IMG/VR virus record: IMGVR_UViG_3300049846_000568
Span: 64,001-128,000 of that record
Source: a virus
Reading direction: 5' to 3' (one strand)
Length of the DNA stretch: 64,000 nt
Shown here: piece by piece, positions 7,716 through 17,500 of the stretch
Position numbering within the stretch: the stretch's first letter is position 1
How the letters are laid out: each line of letters opens with the position of its first letter
Position numbers and translations under genes: made by a program
The notes under the pieces: model-generated
Database searches by the model: none
What the model was told of the DNA's origin: nothing
What the model saw: only the letters and a program-made list of their open reading frames with translations

Positions 7716-9998
7716 CTATTGGGCGTACAGGAATCTCACTCTATAGAGATCAAGAGAGGGGGTGACGTGGGGATTCTCGACGGATCTCTGAAGGTCTGCT
7801 TTCACCCTAATCGCTGAAGGGCCAGCGTTCGTGGACTTAGCGTACTTGAACCTAAAGTTATCCGTGGGCTGTCTCCTTGAGATGATCTCCTTCTTGTTCT
7901 CCCCTACTTCTCGTATAGTAAACGAGAAAGGCGTGTTTACTTCATTGTATTGCATATGGAAAAAGTCGACATAAGTCCAGGTAGCGAGCTTAACTGTGCC
8001 GAAATCGTCAAGATTGCTATCTTCCATTAACAGTAGTTTGCCGTCGTAAACCTGAGGTACATCATCTGTGGCTTCAGGAATAGTGACCAGCAGTACAATA
8101 TGGTTCAATCCCTCTACAAACTTCCACGGAATAGCAAGAAAGTCAGTCCCAACATCTAGTACACCGATCTCACGACCATTGAGATAAACCTTAACGTCCC
8201 AATCTTTTGCGTTGGCGTCTGCTTTGCGGAAGTTTCGAATGAATAACTCAGTGGCTGCGCCCGTCTCTAGGTATGTCTCTACATAAACATAGCGATCGCT
8301 CTCACCAATAACGCTACCATCAAGGATGCCCTTGCCTTCATCTATACGCATGTAGATTTCGGATGCTGTTGAGGCACCACTGATGTAGTCGGTCCAAAAA
8401 GTTAGATCATTGTCTGCAGTAGAGGAGGATGCGACGTGGAGAATGCGCGCTGTATTCACACCCTCCTCTAGGACTGCGGATGAAGGAATGATATCATCGC
8501 TGAATTCGGCTAGACGCCAAATATCCGTACCCTGAATGATATTCGGGTTTGGATTTAACTGCGATGGCTCTGTCCCCTCAGCATTCTGGGGAAGGATGAG
8601 CTGAAGTTCCCCATTCTGAGGACTGGATGTGATGCTAACTACTGATGTTCTGGCGCCACCAAAGCGCACAATGGAATCTGGAGACCTATCCACCTTTTCG
8701 ATGGGCTTAATCTTCTTCCATTCAAAGTCGCCAATACCGGGATCGGCGCTGTCTATATCTGCCGCCACCCAATACGTAATTGACGTATCGGTGGGCACTG
8801 TTGCGTTCGCTAACAAACTAACCGCGTCGATGACGTGTTCTCCGTCAACCTCCGTCGGCAGGGAGAGAGCCTTTGAAACGAGGATAGCCTCTTGATCATA
8901 CACGTGCTGAGTAAAGACGATGTCTTTGGCGCCAAAGATGTAACGATAAACCGTTGTACCGGAAGCGGTACGAATTGAATAGTCGGGCGTATTCTTGCGC
9001 AGGAAGAACGATACATGTGTTGATTTTCTGAGATTGTCCGCAAAGACCATCTTGCTGGCGGAAGTGACGATCTTATTGTCAAAGTCGTCACCCTTAAAGC
9101 CCATAGCCGCTAAAGAGGCGTCGTTGAATTCGGGAGGGATCGAAATGGTTCTCTGACTAATGGTACGACCCTCAGGCTCCCCAGCAGATAAGTCCTTTGT
9201 AGTCGATAACCTTGTATCGTATGTTCGAACCATCGTTTGCACAGGTTCAACGCCCCAGGGATCAAACTCGATTCTAGAGATATAGGCGGGTGTGTCCTGC
9301 GTACCAACTGGCACGGTAAAGACCACAATAACTTCCGCCTGGGTGTTAGACTCTACTTCTACCCCCCATATAGTGTTGTCCAAGCCGTCGAGAGCATTCT
9401 CGAATGGGGAAAGAACCTTGTACTGGGCCCTGCTGCCATTTATGGATGCCGTCAAATTGATGTTATTGCCGATCTGGTTAATTGGGACCGGTCTCGTAAG
9501 GTGGCTATTAGCCGGGATTGTCACCTTTCCAGCAGCGGTATCTACAAGAGCTGTAGTCAGGGACAAGTCTATATTCTCTAGGTTGTCAAAAGTATCCGAC
9601 AACGCCATAAAGTAGCCATCAGCATTGAAGAGTGTGAATAGGTAGTCGTCAATCTGAGACATAAGCGCCCGTCTACGAAGGCGCAATCTCTCTAAGCTAC
9701 TCTGCAAAACCGATGTGGTCATCATGATATCGCGAATCTGCTCAAGGGCGGCTTCATACGCTACAGATAGATTGTGCTGCATGCCGAATAGTGCGGCGTT
9801 CATGTAGTCTACATTTGATCTCTGTCCGTCTGACGCAAAACCTTGAAGCGGCTTAAGTGGTGTGCCCGGGGGATACTTGGAAAAGTATCTGGATACCTCA
9901 GTCAAAATATCCGACAATCGCGGTTTCTCACCAGAGGCATAGAATGACCTGGTAACTTCCTCAAACAGTCTGCGACGCTGAATACCTGAAATGCTCAT
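7716..9998 (-). CDS. Virion structural (baseplate-associated) protein, 760 aa
   Basis: Tail-module position, N-terminal coiled coil, C-terminal IRVKADLQR...TPSLDLYRV. Confidence 0.65.
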   Translation of the reverse strand: MSISGIQRRRLFEEVTRSFYASGEKPRLSDILTEVSRYFSKYPPGTPLKPLQGFASDGQRSNVDYMNAALFGMQHNLSVAYEAALEQIRDIMMTTSVLQSSLERLRLRRRALMSQIDDYLFTLFNADGYFMALSDTFDNLENIDLSLTTALVDTAAGKVTIPANSHLTRPVPINQIGNNINLTASINGSRAQYKVLSPFENALDGLDNTIWGVEVESNTQAEVIVVFTVPVGTQDTPAYISRIEFDPWGVEPVQTMVRTYDTRLSTTKDLSAGEPEGRTISQRTISIPPEFNDASLAAMGFKGDDFDNKIVTSASKMVFADNLRKSTHVSFFLRKNTPDYSIRTASGTTVYRYIFGAKDIVFTQHVYDQEAILVSKALSLPTEVDGEHVIDAVSLLANATVPTDTSITYWVAADIDSADPGIGDFEWKKIKPIEKVDRSPDSIVRFGGARTSVVSITSSPQNGELQLILPQNAEGTEPSQLNPNPNIIQGTDIWRLAEFSDDIIPSSAVLEEGVNTARILHVASSSTADNDLTFWTDYISGASTASEIYMRIDEGKGILDGSVIGESDRYVYVETYLETGAATELFIRNFRKADANAKDWDVKVYLNGREIGVLDVGTDFLAIPWKFVEGLNHIVLLVTIPEATDDVPQVYDGKLLLMEDSNLDDFGTVKLATWTYVDFFHMQYNEVNTPFSFTIREVGENKKEIISRRQPTDNFRFKYAKSTNAGPSAIRVKADLQRSVENPHVTPSLDLYRVRFLYAQ

Positions 9999-12052
9999 TA
10001 GCGCTTTCTCACTTTAAGTTTGTACCACTTAACAACTGGGGTGGACGAGGCGTTGAGGTCCGAACCTGTAGATGCCGTGTTTGCGTCGGTCGTTGTGGAT
10101 GCTGGACGAGACAGCTCAATCTTGAGCCTCACCGAATTTACGGTGCTATTAACGTTGTAGTACCCGACCCCAGTTTCGTGAAACTCCTCTGGCAGAGGAT
10201 CGTTGAAAGCAACGATCTCTGGAATTCCCAAGAAGTCATCCTGGATTCTGGAGATTGGGAACCAGTTAATCCCATCGTCTGGGGAAACAAAGAATTTGAC
10301 CCAGAGCTGCCCATCAGACGTTGGGAACGAGGATGGAATGTCGATGTCTGCTTCAAGAGAAACGCGATCAACAATGCCATTAATCTTGAACGGTTTTGAG
10401 ACAATAACACCAACTGGCTTATATAGTACCTCGTCAATGGTCACATCGCGCACTCCAATAGCCCATCTTTTACCCTGGAATGCTTCAACCTTCTTAACAA
10501 GATCGCCGTTTGAAGAGTATCGCGGGTCATTGTATTGAGCGGGATTGACCACGGTCGGGATTGGGCCCTCTTTACGCTCGCCGCCAACCTCTATCTCCGT
10601 AATGCCGCCACCACCACTGCCACCACCAAGGCCAATTTCGACATTGACATTGTCGCCGCGGAACTTTCTTTGAATCCTCTTCTTCGTTTCCCAGTAAACG
10701 TGCCCGACAACACAATCTACTGGGTACTTCTGACGAATCTGGAATCGAATATACTTCACGGTACGTTCGGAGAATACCCACACCCCACTACCAACCACAG
10801 AATTGTCTGCGATACGTGCGGTTTCTAGGTTCTTCTCATTTGCGATCCACATATTCGTAGGGTTCAACTGTATCCAAGTGCTACCGTCTTCTGACGTTTC
10901 TACCTTTTCAACGAGAATTGGATAATTCTTGTTGTCGGTAAGAGCATATGGTACTAGCGTAATGGTGTTGATCTTTCGCAGCTCTTGAAGTTCAACCTGA
11001 AAATCAAGCTTCAAAACACCGGCGTCATTGCCAGGAATGTAGCGATAATTCCCGCCGAAAAGCGTAAGGAGGGCTTTAGGCCCTGGATTCGAAGCGATAT
11101 CAACCGGTTGACCACCAAACTCCTTGAAAACAGGTTTCTTGCCGCCGGGAGCCCCGAGTTTAACGCTCTGCTCGAGACTAAAGCCTGGTCCAGTCGCCCA
11201 GTCAACCTGGACCTCCTTAGATGGATCGGCGGGGTCTGGCTTCCTGTAGGTGAAGTTAAAGCCTTCAGCTTTAATGCGATCTTCTGGATCCACCATATAG
11301 TATTCGTACTCGATCCAAGTAGTCGGATCTTGATCAATAGTCGAATCTAGTCTCGCATGACGATCATCCTGACCAAGGAATGTGAGATCCTGCTGCGCTT
11401 CTTTGTCGTCATAATATGCGGCGGCGGAGTTAAAGCTGCGAGGATCAATTTCCTGATTGTTACCAAGAAAACCGTTTGACGAATCAAGAATAGTCACCTT
11501 AGCTTTACTCAGAATCTTCTCTGCGTCGCTGGTCGCCTTGCTTAAGGTTAAAAAGCCGGGATACTGAATAATTGCCTTTGTATCCACCGGCGTCTTTGCA
11601 TTGTCAACTTGGTCTTCGTTTAGGAAATAGTCACCAAATATGATGACATCATTATCCTGCGCGCTAGAGTAAAGCTGTAGGGTCTTTAGTTTGTTTGACG
11701 CCTGGGCATTTTGTCGCTGCGCCTTTAAGATCTCAGTGTTCACATAGTTGAACAAGAAAATAGCGCCGGCTCTAGCATAGTCTGTCTGCTCGGTCAGAAT
11801 GTTGATGTCATCCTGCATCTGCTTGAACATGCGATTCATCTTCTCTGCCAGTACAGGTTCACCCTCTACAAATGGGTCAAACTCAAATAGCGGCTGTCCA
11901 AGTCCGTTCAAGAATGTGGTAAGAGCAGACTTGAGTTCGCGTGCGACATCGTCTGGAGACTTGAATTCCTTACTAAGATACTTGTTCTGTAGATCGCGAA
12001 TAAGGGATACGGCCTGGGACTGAATTAGTGTTGTTGGAGCTAACTGCGTCAT
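9998..12052 (-). CDS. Virion structural (baseplate-associated) protein, 684 aa
   Basis: Same architecture as neighbours; S-x-D-G-x-x-W turns; C-terminal VRLKIELSR...TPVVKWYKL. Confidence 0.65.
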   Translation of the reverse strand: MTQLAPTTLIQSQAVSLIRDLQNKYLSKEFKSPDDVARELKSALTTFLNGLGQPLFEFDPFVEGEPVLAEKMNRMFKQMQDDINILTEQTDYARAGAIFLFNYVNTEILKAQRQNAQASNKLKTLQLYSSAQDNDVIIFGDYFLNEDQVDNAKTPVDTKAIIQYPGFLTLSKATSDAEKILSKAKVTILDSSNGFLGNNQEIDPRSFNSAAAYYDDKEAQQDLTFLGQDDRHARLDSTIDQDPTTWIEYEYYMVDPEDRIKAEGFNFTYRKPDPADPSKEVQVDWATGPGFSLEQSVKLGAPGGKKPVFKEFGGQPVDIASNPGPKALLTLFGGNYRYIPGNDAGVLKLDFQVELQELRKINTITLVPYALTDNKNYPILVEKVETSEDGSTWIQLNPTNMWIANEKNLETARIADNSVVGSGVWVFSERTVKYIRFQIRQKYPVDCVVGHVYWETKKRIQRKFRGDNVNVEIGLGGGSGGGGITEIEVGGERKEGPIPTVVNPAQYNDPRYSSNGDLVKKVEAFQGKRWAIGVRDVTIDEVLYKPVGVIVSKPFKINGIVDRVSLEADIDIPSSFPTSDGQLWVKFFVSPDDGINWFPISRIQDDFLGIPEIVAFNDPLPEEFHETGVGYYNVNSTVNSVRLKIELSRPASTTTDANTASTGSDLNASSTPVVKWYKLKVRKR

Positions 12053-14568
12053 TATAGATTCCTCTTTGCGTCAGCCTTCTTTGTCTTGGCCTTAATCTGG
12101 TAATAGTCAACACGGGGGGTAGCGTATTCCGTGCTATTACATCTTAGCACGACTCTGACACGCACGTCGCTAGGCTGGAACTGATAGAACACTCTAAATG
12201 GGCTTGAAACGATTTTGTTGAACATCAGATTCTTGCCAGAATGGATAAACTGGTAGTTTGCGTTACCGGAATCCAGAACCGCTTGTGTACCGTCCTTATA
12301 GTTTGTCAAGTTGTATGCTACAGTGCCATCCTCAAACCTGACAACGATTGGGCTATAGCCGCTTAATCCTGTGGTGGAGCTGTATGTAGCCGCATCCACT
12401 TGCGTGTAATCGATGTATGGGCTGTGCTTAAGCGCCACAATAAGTTGGTTACCAGAATCTTCATAGCCTTCTCCAGCACCGTCTGCGTCAAATGAGGAGA
12501 CGAGTGGTGGAGCTTTCGATGGATCAAGTGGAGTAAACTCTAAAGTGGTAAAGTCACGTGAAGGTGTGTAGTCAACGGTGATAATGTCTGATGAACCATA
12601 ATCGTGCACCGGGATCATTAGAGCGTCGAAAGAAAGACCCTTTTGCGAATCCTTACGCCTCGCTATCTTGTTGATCTCGTACTCCTTCTTATGGTAGCCG
12701 TTGATATACACCTTGATTGGGGCGTCAATCTTAGCTGTAAACCGCAGCTTGCATAAGCCGTCAGTGTCCGGAAATAGGCGCTCGCCTACAATCTCTGTCG
12801 TATCAATCGGTAAGATGGGCATCCAGTCATCTTCACGAATGGGCTTCGATACATTGCTCACAGAATATTCAATCGACGTAATACGATCTGTATCCTTATC
12901 CGTGTCTGTGAGTTTGACGTTTGTGTAGTCAGACTTGATGCGCACCGCACCAATATCGCCGGGGGCCTCAAAACGCTTAGAAACAAAGACCGCCCTATCC
13001 CTCATTTGGGAAATGCCAACGAAGACATTCCTAATACCCAGTTTATATACGTACGGCATGGATGAGGAGCCCTCACCAACAGCCTGAGTGGCTTCTGTTG
13101 TCGGCGCCATAATTGGGTCAGTATGATCGCGAGACGTCCTAATGTTGGCCGTTGACCCAGCACCTGCGGCCTTAACCATCTGCTGTGTGTTGAGAATGTT
13201 TGCCCAAATCACCTCTGAATTAGAGATATCTTTAAGCACGTCGTTCATTAGGGTTGTAGCCCAGTCTACGTTCTTCCATGCCTTAACGTTGTCCTGATAA
13301 GACGAACGATCGAGCGCCGATTGCCTGAACGAGAAAGAACCCCAATTCTTCCTGTAATCTGAACGAGGAAGACTTGTTGCGAAGGGAGAATTCTTGCGAC
13401 CAAGCTTATTCTTGTCCTCAAGATACATAAGCATGCGTTGATCCCACCAACCCCTAGAGGACTTTGATCCAGTCAATGGCTTGATTTGCGAAGCTCGTGC
13501 CTTATCGTCCGGAACGGTGTTCTTGCTGATCAGCTCATCAAAGATGATCTTATTCTGCGCCTCTGCTGCGTATGCGCGATCCAATACGCGCCTATATGTG
13601 GGCTGGCGAACATAAAGCCGGAATCGCGATACAACCGAAGTCTTGAAGTTTACGTTTGTGGGTCCGGTGATATTGGTTGGCTGATCCCATACTTTCTCAT
13701 ACGTTGAGTCGTCACTATCCTTGTATGTGCGAACCTCACTTAGCATCAAACCCCAGTCGGAGAATGGCACTACGGTAATGGTGTCAATTGGAATCGGAGA
13801 TGCGAGCGTGAATTCAAGTATAAACTGAGCCCCGTTGATATCTCCGGTAGAGTTCTCTTCGTACCCCTCCATTTGACCGCGAATAAGGGCTTGGCTCTTT
13901 ACTGATACCTTCCAACCGTTGTCTACGCGTGGTTGCACAATGTTTTTTAGTGACGCAAAGTCCGCCGACGATAGCATTGAAGTGATGTTTGACTTAAGTA
14001 GAGTCACATTGGCGATTGGTAAATGCCTGTAATTAGAACTCGACATATCGAGTACGCCCGTATTTACATCAATATTGGCGAAATCATCAACCTCGAATAC
14101 CTTACCGTTCCTGTCGGGAATGCGGTTCATCTCAATTTCACGGCCGCGCTCATCGCTGAATGGTTCCAAGAATGCGTAGTCGTATGCGCCATTATCAGAG
14201 ATCAGAAACGCATAGTTCTGTACAGCCTTCTCAAGGGCGGCAAGTTCATCCTCAAGTGCCTTAATGTCTGCGGACAACACATCCACATAGTTGTCTAATA
14301 GAAGCGAGATTGCGTTGGAGCGACCAAAGATATCGCTTACGAGCAGGTCCATCTCCCTGAATCTTTCGGTTATAGATGAACCAGATACGATGTCAGTACT
14401 CTTTACTGGGGCGAGTTGCAGTTTTCCAAGTGCAATGTTCTTGTCCAGCTTCTCCTTAATGGCAGCAAACTGTTCCTTCTCAATTTTGGCATTGGACAAC
14501 ATGAATGTAGCCTTGCGGGCCCCTTCTGGGGATAGGCTTCTCACAAAGTCGTCAAGGAAATACCTCAA
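12052..14568 (-). CDS. Virion structural (baseplate-associated) protein, 838 aa
   Basis: N-terminal coiled coil; C-terminal VRVRVVLR...TPRVDYYQI. TTG start directly after the upstream stop. Confidence 0.65.
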   Translation of the reverse strand: MRYFLDDFVRSLSPEGARKATFMLSNAKIEKEQFAAIKEKLDKNIALGKLQLAPVKSTDIVSGSSITERFREMDLLVSDIFGRSNAISLLLDNYVDVLSADIKALEDELAALEKAVQNYAFLISDNGAYDYAFLEPFSDERGREIEMNRIPDRNGKVFEVDDFANIDVNTGVLDMSSSNYRHLPIANVTLLKSNITSMLSSADFASLKNIVQPRVDNGWKVSVKSQALIRGQMEGYEENSTGDINGAQFILEFTLASPIPIDTITVVPFSDWGLMLSEVRTYKDSDDSTYEKVWDQPTNITGPTNVNFKTSVVSRFRLYVRQPTYRRVLDRAYAAEAQNKIIFDELISKNTVPDDKARASQIKPLTGSKSSRGWWDQRMLMYLEDKNKLGRKNSPFATSLPRSDYRKNWGSFSFRQSALDRSSYQDNVKAWKNVDWATTLMNDVLKDISNSEVIWANILNTQQMVKAAGAGSTANIRTSRDHTDPIMAPTTEATQAVGEGSSSMPYVYKLGIRNVFVGISQMRDRAVFVSKRFEAPGDIGAVRIKSDYTNVKLTDTDKDTDRITSIEYSVSNVSKPIREDDWMPILPIDTTEIVGERLFPDTDGLCKLRFTAKIDAPIKVYINGYHKKEYEINKIARRKDSQKGLSFDALMIPVHDYGSSDIITVDYTPSRDFTTLEFTPLDPSKAPPLVSSFDADGAGEGYEDSGNQLIVALKHSPYIDYTQVDAATYSSTTGLSGYSPIVVRFEDGTVAYNLTNYKDGTQAVLDSGNANYQFIHSGKNLMFNKIVSSPFRVFYQFQPSDVRVRVVLRCNSTEYATPRVDYYQIKAKTKKADAKRNL

Positions 14569-17500
14569 TTACCACTCCTTGCCTTCAAGGTCTTCAATCC
14601 TGAACTGAACACCGACAGTAATGTTGCGTCGAATGGTGTCAATGACATCCTGCTTGTTGGGGAACTGATCCTTGAGTTCCGCGGGTAGGCGGATAAGGAT
14701 GAAGCCGCCCTTCTGGTATGTCATACCAGTTGCATTAGTAACGTCCCAATAGGCGTTACTTTCCGAAATCAACTGCTCTATCTCCTGCAGTGTTGCGGTG
14801 TCCTTTGCGCCACCACCCCTACGCCTCGTGTCGAGCATGACGAGATCGTTGATGTCTAAAGTAGAGGTGATATAAACCACAGCAAGTTGAACTGCTAGCG
14901 GATTGTAATCTGGGTCCAGCCTATTGAAGATAGATGGGTCAAGGGTCCAGCTAAGTGTTGTAGTACGAACCGAATCCGAGATAATCCTGTTTTCTTCATC
15001 CTTAACGAACTGTGGCAATGCGTAGACATAGATGGGCTTACCTACTAGGTCCCTATTGTGTCCCGGATACGGGTTTAGATTAAGCTGATTGCCGTCTGCG
15101 TATGTCAAGTAGTAGTTAAGTCTCGCGGTTGTGTAATCGACCTTAACGAGTGCAGGGTCGGTTGAATCTAGTGGGCTCACCAGTTCGATCTCACCAGTAG
15201 AGATGTTATAGTCTGCAATATCTTCCCAAGTCAAGGCTGTCCAGCTATCGTTGATGGATGCTCTCGTTGAGACCGTGAAGACGGGGCGTCGCGGATCCGC
15301 TGCCGTCCCATAAGAAGACACCACCGTAGGGACGGTCACCATATGTATTGGGGCTTGACGAACCTGAATCTTTGTGTCCGTTACGATAACGGGGGATTCA
15401 TCTTTTACGTCGATAAATGGGCGACCATAGATAATTGACCAAGATCCAGACTTAGCCTCCGGTACAGCATAGAATGCCTTCACGATGGTTCCGGCGTAGC
15501 CCTCAAGCCACGCATTTGTTGTTGGCAAATCATTAACGGCAGGGACTGCTATTGGCCGAATGAACGATCCAGTCTTAACTGGAAGACCCCACATATCGTG
15601 TGGCCCAAGATTGGCCGAAAGTGGCTCCACCTTGATTTGGGACCCTGGACTTGTGCAGATGCCGTAGACAGGCATTGCCAACCTATAGGGGAGCAGCGGG
15701 CCGCCATCTGCTGGAAGGTCCGCTTTCTTGTCCACCTCGTAGTCTGTAATAGCTGCAACAAAAACGTTTTCTGGACCCCTTGAGATCCATTCTAGGTAAG
15801 TCATCTCTGGTTTACCTTCTTGACTCAGGATGAACTCCTGATTCTTGATATCATAGAACCCAACCATAACCTCTGGATCCACATCAAGAGCAGAAAGAGA
15901 AATGGTTGCGTAATGACGCTGCGCCTCTCGTGGACCTACGGCGGTAGGCATCTCTGGGAATCCAAATGGTTTTCCACTGGCATTGCAGAACAACTTCAAA
16001 CCATCTACCTTGGTAATCCAACCACTTTCTTTGACGGGGTTAATACGCCCATGCTCGTCCTTGGAGTAGTACGTGTAACCCGCTACTCGATATACGTCGG
16101 CTGTTGGTGTAGTTGATACTGCTGGGTTTGACGTTGTCCTACCAATATACGGACCCGACTTATAGTTGGTGCCGCTTTGATTGTGTACACGTAGATTACG
16201 CAGCGTCAAAATACCGCTATGACTAATCGAGGCGACGATGTCGCTTGGTAAGTTTGTGGTAACGTTAGACCAATTGACGTTACTTAGTGTTCCGTTGCCC
16301 GTGTAGTTTGGCGTCAACGCAATAACCACGTCCCTACCGGTTGTTACTACGGCTGAACCACTGCGCTCTAAAGCGATGTTAGTCTGTGAATAGTATGACT
16401 GGTCTGTGTGGATTTGAATATCAGATACACCAAACTGCAGAATACGGCCAATACCAGTTGGAGTATCCTGCCCAAGACGAACCATTACAGTATCACCGTA
16501 AACGGGATTGAATGGCACGAAATAGGGCTCCCCATGCGCCACCCTTGCGTTAACCGGTACATTGACGTAGCCTGTTGGGAAATTCGCCAACCCACTACCC
16601 ACAAAACCGTTATAGCCCGGGAGGTTAGATGCCGTATGCACGCTGAGGGCTTCGAAAAGCATGCTCCCACCAAGAGACCCTTGAGCGCCTTCGACATGAG
16701 GGATGAGGGTTACGCCCCAGATTTTGGCGCTTCTGTTAAGAGATATCTGAATGATGTCCCAAATGTAGTTTGGCGTATTTGCGCCACCATAGTTGGATCG
16801 CTTCGACCAGGTGAATGTTGAGTTTCCGTCAGAAATACCGGAACGGCTCATCTGAAACAGGGGACTCTGGAAGAAAGTTGTATTTGGACTGGCAAGCGCG
16901 TTGTCTGGGATAGCGTCTGGGTAAACCCAATCTTCAATATAGGACCCGAACGCTCCATAATAGTCACTCTGTAGACGTAGGATCTGACTACCCATCATCG
17001 AGAGCATCTCGGCGTCTAGCGCGCCGTCTTGTTCAAGTGCGCCAAACGTAGACTGAAATCTAAGAACCGCATCGTGCGTTACGTTGCCCCAGTAACCATC
17101 TGTTGGCACATATGGGCCCGACATATAACCCCAGAAGATAAAGTAGTTAAGAGCGGTCTGCATCCAATAGACCACCTTACCCCAATCTCCTCGATTTAGC
17201 CTGAAGAAGGCTGCGTAGCTAGGGTAGTTATGGTTTGAGTGTGCGTTGTAGTAGTTCGCTGCAGCGAATGTATCAATTCCGTATGGATGCCTTACGCCAA
17301 AGTCGAATGGCATGTAGCTTGTAAAGGTTGTGCCAGAACCACTGCTAGCCCAAGTTTCGGTACGCCTATCTACAATATTGATTGTTTCGACGGCCGTTCC
17401 AGTGGCGGTCCATGTAACCGTTTTGGTGTCTAAGTCCTGTGCGGTGTCAGCATACTTTACGTCAACGCGCATACCATATGGTTTGGGTGGGTATGTTCTT

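Noticed and set aside
2826-12130. ATP near the C-termini of the 418- and 838-aa proteins as sequon evidence
   Set aside because: These align with a family-wide terminal TP-x-L/V structural strand (VTP and STP in paralogs), so they were excluded from the count.
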